From the NCBI GenBank assembly GCA_964548195.1, contig CAZJQC010000025.1, positions 1 through 19,214 of the forward strand: a stretch of DNA of 19,214 nt, in the 5' to 3' direction. The DNA is from an uncultured bacterium (GTDB lineage Bacteria > Macinerneyibacteriota > Macinerneyibacteria > Macinerneyibacteriales > DSCS01). The notes under the pieces are model-generated. The model was not told the DNA's origin and did no database searches. It saw only the letters and a list, made by a program, of their open reading frames with translations. The translations under genes were made by a program, and so were the position numbers. Each line of letters opens with the position of its first letter. Positions within the stretch are counted from its first letter, which is position 1. Of this stretch, positions 16,168-19,214 are shown piece by piece.

Positions 16168-16739
16168 GGTATTTCCTTTAAAAAATTGTCGATGATATCC
16201 GCGCCTCCGGGCGTCATGAAGGATTCGGGATGATATTGCACCCCGAAAATAGGGAGCGTCTCATGTTCCATCGACATGATGACTTTTCCGTCCTCCGTGG
16301 AGGCTGTGCACAATAGCGGGCTGTCGGATCCGGCCACCATGAGCGAATGGTAACGGGCGACGGTGATAATTTCCGGCAGTCCATGGTAAAGTTTCGACGG
16401 TTTTGTATGTATGGGACATGCTTTCCCATGGACGGGATGGGGGGCGTGCACTGTCGTACCCCCGAAAAACTCGTTTATGCACTGCATGCCGAGACAGACG
16501 CCGAAAATCGGGAGTTTTTCCCAGAAATGTTTAAGGGCGTCCATGCTTATGCCGGAATCCCGGGGCGAACCCGGGCCCGGTGATATGACTATGGCGGACG
16601 GGGCGATATGCCTTATCTCTTTTATTGTTATGCTGTCGTTGCGCGCCACGATCACCTCGCCGGCAAAGCGTGTCCTTAGCAATGCCGCAAGGTTGTATGT
16701 GAAAGAGTCGTAATTGTCGATTAAAAGAATCCTGTTCAT
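16164..16739 (-). CDS. pabA: Aminodeoxychorismate/anthranilate synthase component II (glutamine amidotransferase)
   Basis: 'IDNYDSFTYNL', 'ISPGPGSP', 'GVCLGMQ', 'ARYHSL', 'GVQYHPES'; coupled to pabB. Confidence 0.92.
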   Translation of the reverse strand: MNRILLIDNYDSFTYNLAALLRTRFAGEVIVARNDSITIKEIRHIAPSAIVISPGPGSPRDSGISMDALKHFWEKLPIFGVCLGMQCINEFFGGTTVHAPHPVHGKACPIHTKPSKLYHGLPEIITVARYHSLMVAGSDSPLLCTASTEDGKVIMSMEHETLPIFGVQYHPESFMTPGGADIIDNFLKEIP

Positions 16740-16909
16740 TTAAGGAATATATACGGGTTTTTGTTTTTTTAAAGAGTTTTTTTGGTTCCGCGGCTTGAAC
16801 GGTCTCGGCCATGTGTGCGAGAGTCGGGCGCAGTCCTCTTCGGGAAGGGGGGGATAAAGGTGTCGTTATGTGCCGATGTTGTATAGTATCGCGTGTTATT
16901 CGGATTGTG

Positions 16910-17089
16910 TTATAAAAGATGTATGGAGTTGAGGAGTTTTACGCCTATTGCCATGAGAACAAGGTAGAGCGCCATGACGATCCTGTAGGCAGGCTCTTTG
17001 GTCTTTATGACCCTGATGAGTGTTATGGAAGCGGTTATTATAAGCAATGCAAATCCGAGAAGAAAGAGTATCAGGTTAAGACGCATCAT
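16910..17089 (-). CDS. Small hypothetical membrane protein (59 aa, two hydrophobic helices); not in the ORF track
   Basis: RBS AAAAGGAGG; MMRLNLILFLLGFALLIITASITLIRVIKTKEPAYRIVMALYLVLMAIGVKLLNSIHLL*. The second ATG (17086) has better RBS spacing. Confidence 0.7.
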   Translation of the reverse strand: MMRLNLILFLLGFALLIITASITLIRVIKTKEPAYRIVMALYLVLMAIGVKLLNSIHLL

Positions 17090-17275
17090 GCCTCCTTTTA
17101 TAACAGATTATCTGTTATGTATGCATTGTAAAGGAAAATCATGATTTTGAAGCCGTGTCATGGATGATTTCCGGAGACGTTCCCGCGGGCGTGCGCGTCG
17201 CCTTGAGATACCCTGCCTGACGGTTTGTCGAAGTAGATGCGGATTTTTTGCGAAGTTTGGCGAACCTCTTTTATA

Positions 17276-17303
17276 TTGAGTATTTCCATTACCCTGTTAT
17301 AAT
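17276..17303 (+). promoter_or_regulatory. Sigma-70 promoter of the DUF262 gene
   Basis: TTGAGT-N16-TATAAT with extended -10 TGn. Confidence 0.6.
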
Positions 17304-17350
17304 TTGAACGATAGTTAATTAAAGTCTGATCAACTCAAGAGGGGGACTTC

Positions 17351-19159
17351 ATGCTTACACAGACATCACAGAAATATAGTGTTAATCAGTTTAAGATCGA
17401 GATATTATTATCATGGGTAAAGGCAGGGGAAATCGCTATTCCGGAAATACAGCGTCCATTTGTATGGAGTCCCGTCAAAGTTCGTGACCTCATGGATTCT
17501 CTGTATCAGGGATACCCTGTCGGGTATTTGATTATCTGGAAAAACCCCAATGTTAAGTTGAAGGATGGTTCTGTCTCTGCCGGGAAAAAAATACTCATAG
17601 ACGGCCAGCAGAGAGTCACGGCGCTTATGGCTGCTATATTAGGCAGGGAAGTTGTCAATGAAGAGTATAGTAAAAAAAGAATAAAAATTGCATTCAACCC
17701 TTTAGAGGAGGGCAGGTTCGAGGTGTGGAATCCGGCGCTTGCGAAAAACCCTGCCTGGATTCAGGATATTGCTGAAGTCTTTGCTCCCGCGTTTAGTATT
17801 TATGAGTTTGTTGAAAAATATTGTGATATGAATGAGCTTGAAGACAAACAGATGTTATTTAATAAAATATACAAGCTCCATAATATTATGAATCAGGACA
17901 TAGGTATAATAGATTTAAGCTCAGAGTTGGATATAGAGACTGTCACAGAGATATTTATACGAATCAATTCTCAGGGCGTGGAACTGAACCAGGCGGATTT
18001 CGCCATGTCGAAGATTACAGTCAATGAGAAGTACAACGGCCCCAATTTGAGGAAGGCCATTGATTACTTTTGCCACCTTGCCATTGCCCCTGAATTTTAT
18101 CCCTTTATTAAGTCTAATGATACTGACTTTGTCCAGACAGATTATTTTAAAAAGATGGAATGGTTAAAAAATGAGATAGACGACCTCTATGATCCCAGGT
18201 ATACAGACATGCTTAGAGTGGCTTTTACATCTGAGTTCAAGAGGGGAAAATTGGCTGATCTTGTAAGTCTGTTATCGGGCAGAAATTTTGAGACCAGAGT
18301 GTTTGAAGATTCCATAGTGGAGAGTTCCTTTGAAAAACTTGAGCATGGAATTATGAATTTCATGAATGAGACGCATTTCAAACGTTTTCTCATGATCATC
18401 AGGTCAGCGGGTTTTATTGATTCCAAGATGATCACATCCATGAACAATATGAATTTTGCCTTTGCTTTATATCTTTTTTTGCGCGCCGGCGGTTACGATG
18501 AAAATAAGATCGAGTCTCATGTTCGCAGATGGTTTGTGATGTCTGTCCTTACTTCAAGATATTCAGGATCTTCTGAATCTCAAATAGATTATGATATCAG
18601 GAATATTGCGACTCACGATTTTGAAGATTATCTTAAGAATATCGAAGAATCTGAATTTCCGGATGTTTATTGGGAAAAGAATCTTCCCATGAATCTTGTA
18701 AGCGCCTTTTCAAATAACAATAACTATGTGACATATCTGGCGGCACAGGTGAAGGCCAATGATAAAGGTTTTTTGTCGAATGATATTACAGTCAGGGATA
18801 TGATCATGCAGCGTGGTGACAAGCATCATATATTCCCGAAGGAATATCTCAAGAAGGCGGGAAAGACACGAAAGGAATACAACCAGGTTGCCAATTACGT
18901 ATATCTGTATCAGCCGATCAATATTAAGATAGGCAAGAAAGCTGTGGATGAATATTTCCCGGTTATACTGGAACAGTGTCAGACAAAAGAATATGTTTAT
19001 GGAAACATTAATGATATAGATGCATTAAAGGAAAACTTCCGCATGAACTGCATGCCGTGGGAGATCTTTGATATGACCATTGATGATTATGAGGAATTCC
19101 TGGAATTAAGACGTGTGCTCATGGCAAAGAAAATCAGGGAATATTATTATTCATTATAA
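17351..19159 (+). CDS. DUF262-domain protein with C-terminal HNH/DUF1524-like motif (GmrSD-like type IV restriction nuclease family)
   Basis: DUF262 motifs '[10 protein letters not shown]', '[10 protein letters not shown]', 'IDGQQR', 'IFIRINS'; C-terminal 'DKHHIFPK...NQVANY...IN'; RBS GAGGGGG; AT-rich codon usage. Confidence 0.85.
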   Translation: MLTQTSQKYSVNQFKIEILLSWVKAGEIAIPEIQRPFVWSPVKVRDLMDSLYQGYPVGYLIIWKNPNVKLKDGSVSAGKKILIDGQQRVTALMAAILGREVVNEEYSKKRIKIAFNPLEEGRFEVWNPALAKNPAWIQDIAEVFAPAFSIYEFVEKYCDMNELEDKQMLFNKIYKLHNIMNQDIGIIDLSSELDIETVTEIFIRINSQGVELNQADFAMSKITVNEKYNGPNLRKAIDYFCHLAIAPEFYPFIKSNDTDFVQTDYFKKMEWLKNEIDDLYDPRYTDMLRVAFTSEFKRGKLADLVSLLSGRNFETRVFEDSIVESSFEKLEHGIMNFMNETHFKRFLMIIRSAGFIDSKMITSMNNMNFAFALYLFLRAGGYDENKIESHVRRWFVMSVLTSRYSGSSESQIDYDIRNIATHDFEDYLKNIEESEFPDVYWEKNLPMNLVSAFSNNNNYVTYLAAQVKANDKGFLSNDITVRDMIMQRGDKHHIFPKEYLKKAGKTRKEYNQVANYVYLYQPINIKIGKKAVDEYFPVILEQCQTKEYVYGNINDIDALKENFRMNCMPWEIFDMTIDDYEEFLELRRVLMAKKIREYYYSL

Positions 19160-19170
19160 AAGGAGAACCA

Positions 19171-19214
19171 ATGGCAAGAGGAAATACAAATAATCAAAGC
19201 GAACCCATGGAAAC
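19171..19214 (+). CDS. 5' fragment of the next gene, possibly a type I restriction-modification M subunit
   Basis: RBS AAAAGGAG then MARGNTNNQSEPME..., loosely like HsdM N-termini (..EPLEKQLW..). Only 14 codons are visible. Confidence 0.4.
   Translation, partial: MARGNTNNQSEPME

Noticed and set aside
5289..16739. Functional link between the COG1237 MBL hydrolase (sometimes annotated in pterin synthesis) and pabABC
   Set aside because: They are about 8 kb apart, on opposite strands, in separate operons, and the annotation of that MBL family is unreliable.
14827..16739. trpEG (anthranilate synthase) assignment
   Set aside because: The PIKGT motif and the adjacent class IV PLP enzyme indicate pabAB; no other trp genes are present.
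16919..17131. Plus-strand 70-aa ORF in the track
   Set aside because: No RBS; it is the antisense shadow of the 59-aa minus-strand ORF that has a strong RBS.
1..19214. CRISPR array, tRNA/rRNA, IS or integrase
   Set aside because: No regularly spaced repeats, RNA-gene signatures or transposase/recombinase motifs were seen by eye.

Overview
Bacterial chromosomal window, probably from an anaerobe, with roughly balanced GC that becomes visibly AT-richer after about 17.27 kb. Left to right: (i) a minus-strand DAK2/FakA-type gene (truncated by the window edge) and a DUF1295 membrane gene; (ii) a divergent 'orange protein (ORP) complex'-like operon (three NifB/NifX-family proteins, DUF5320, two MinD-like 2x[4Fe-4S] ATPases, an MBL-fold hydrolase) with a clear sigma-54 -24/-12 promoter and two tandem palindromic activator sites but no activator gene in the window; (iii) a Cache-GGDEF diguanylate cyclase; (iv) an accessory envelope block: DUF975 and two paralogous beta-propeller-like lipoproteins, all three preceded by the same ECF-sigma-type motif (GAAAC-N17-YGTC). 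The two lipoprotein genes bracket an oppositely oriented 475-aa secreted protein (Ig-like domain plus glycine-zipper hydrophobic segment) and a candidate ~115-nt sRNA with an anti-Shine-Dalgarno loop; two GNATs follow; (v) a pabA-pabB-pabC operon; (vi) a 59-aa two-helix membrane protein absent from the ORF track; (vii) the start of an AT-richer defence region (DUF262/GmrSD-like nuclease followed by a possible type I R-M methylase start). All family calls come from motif recognition by eye; no searches were run.
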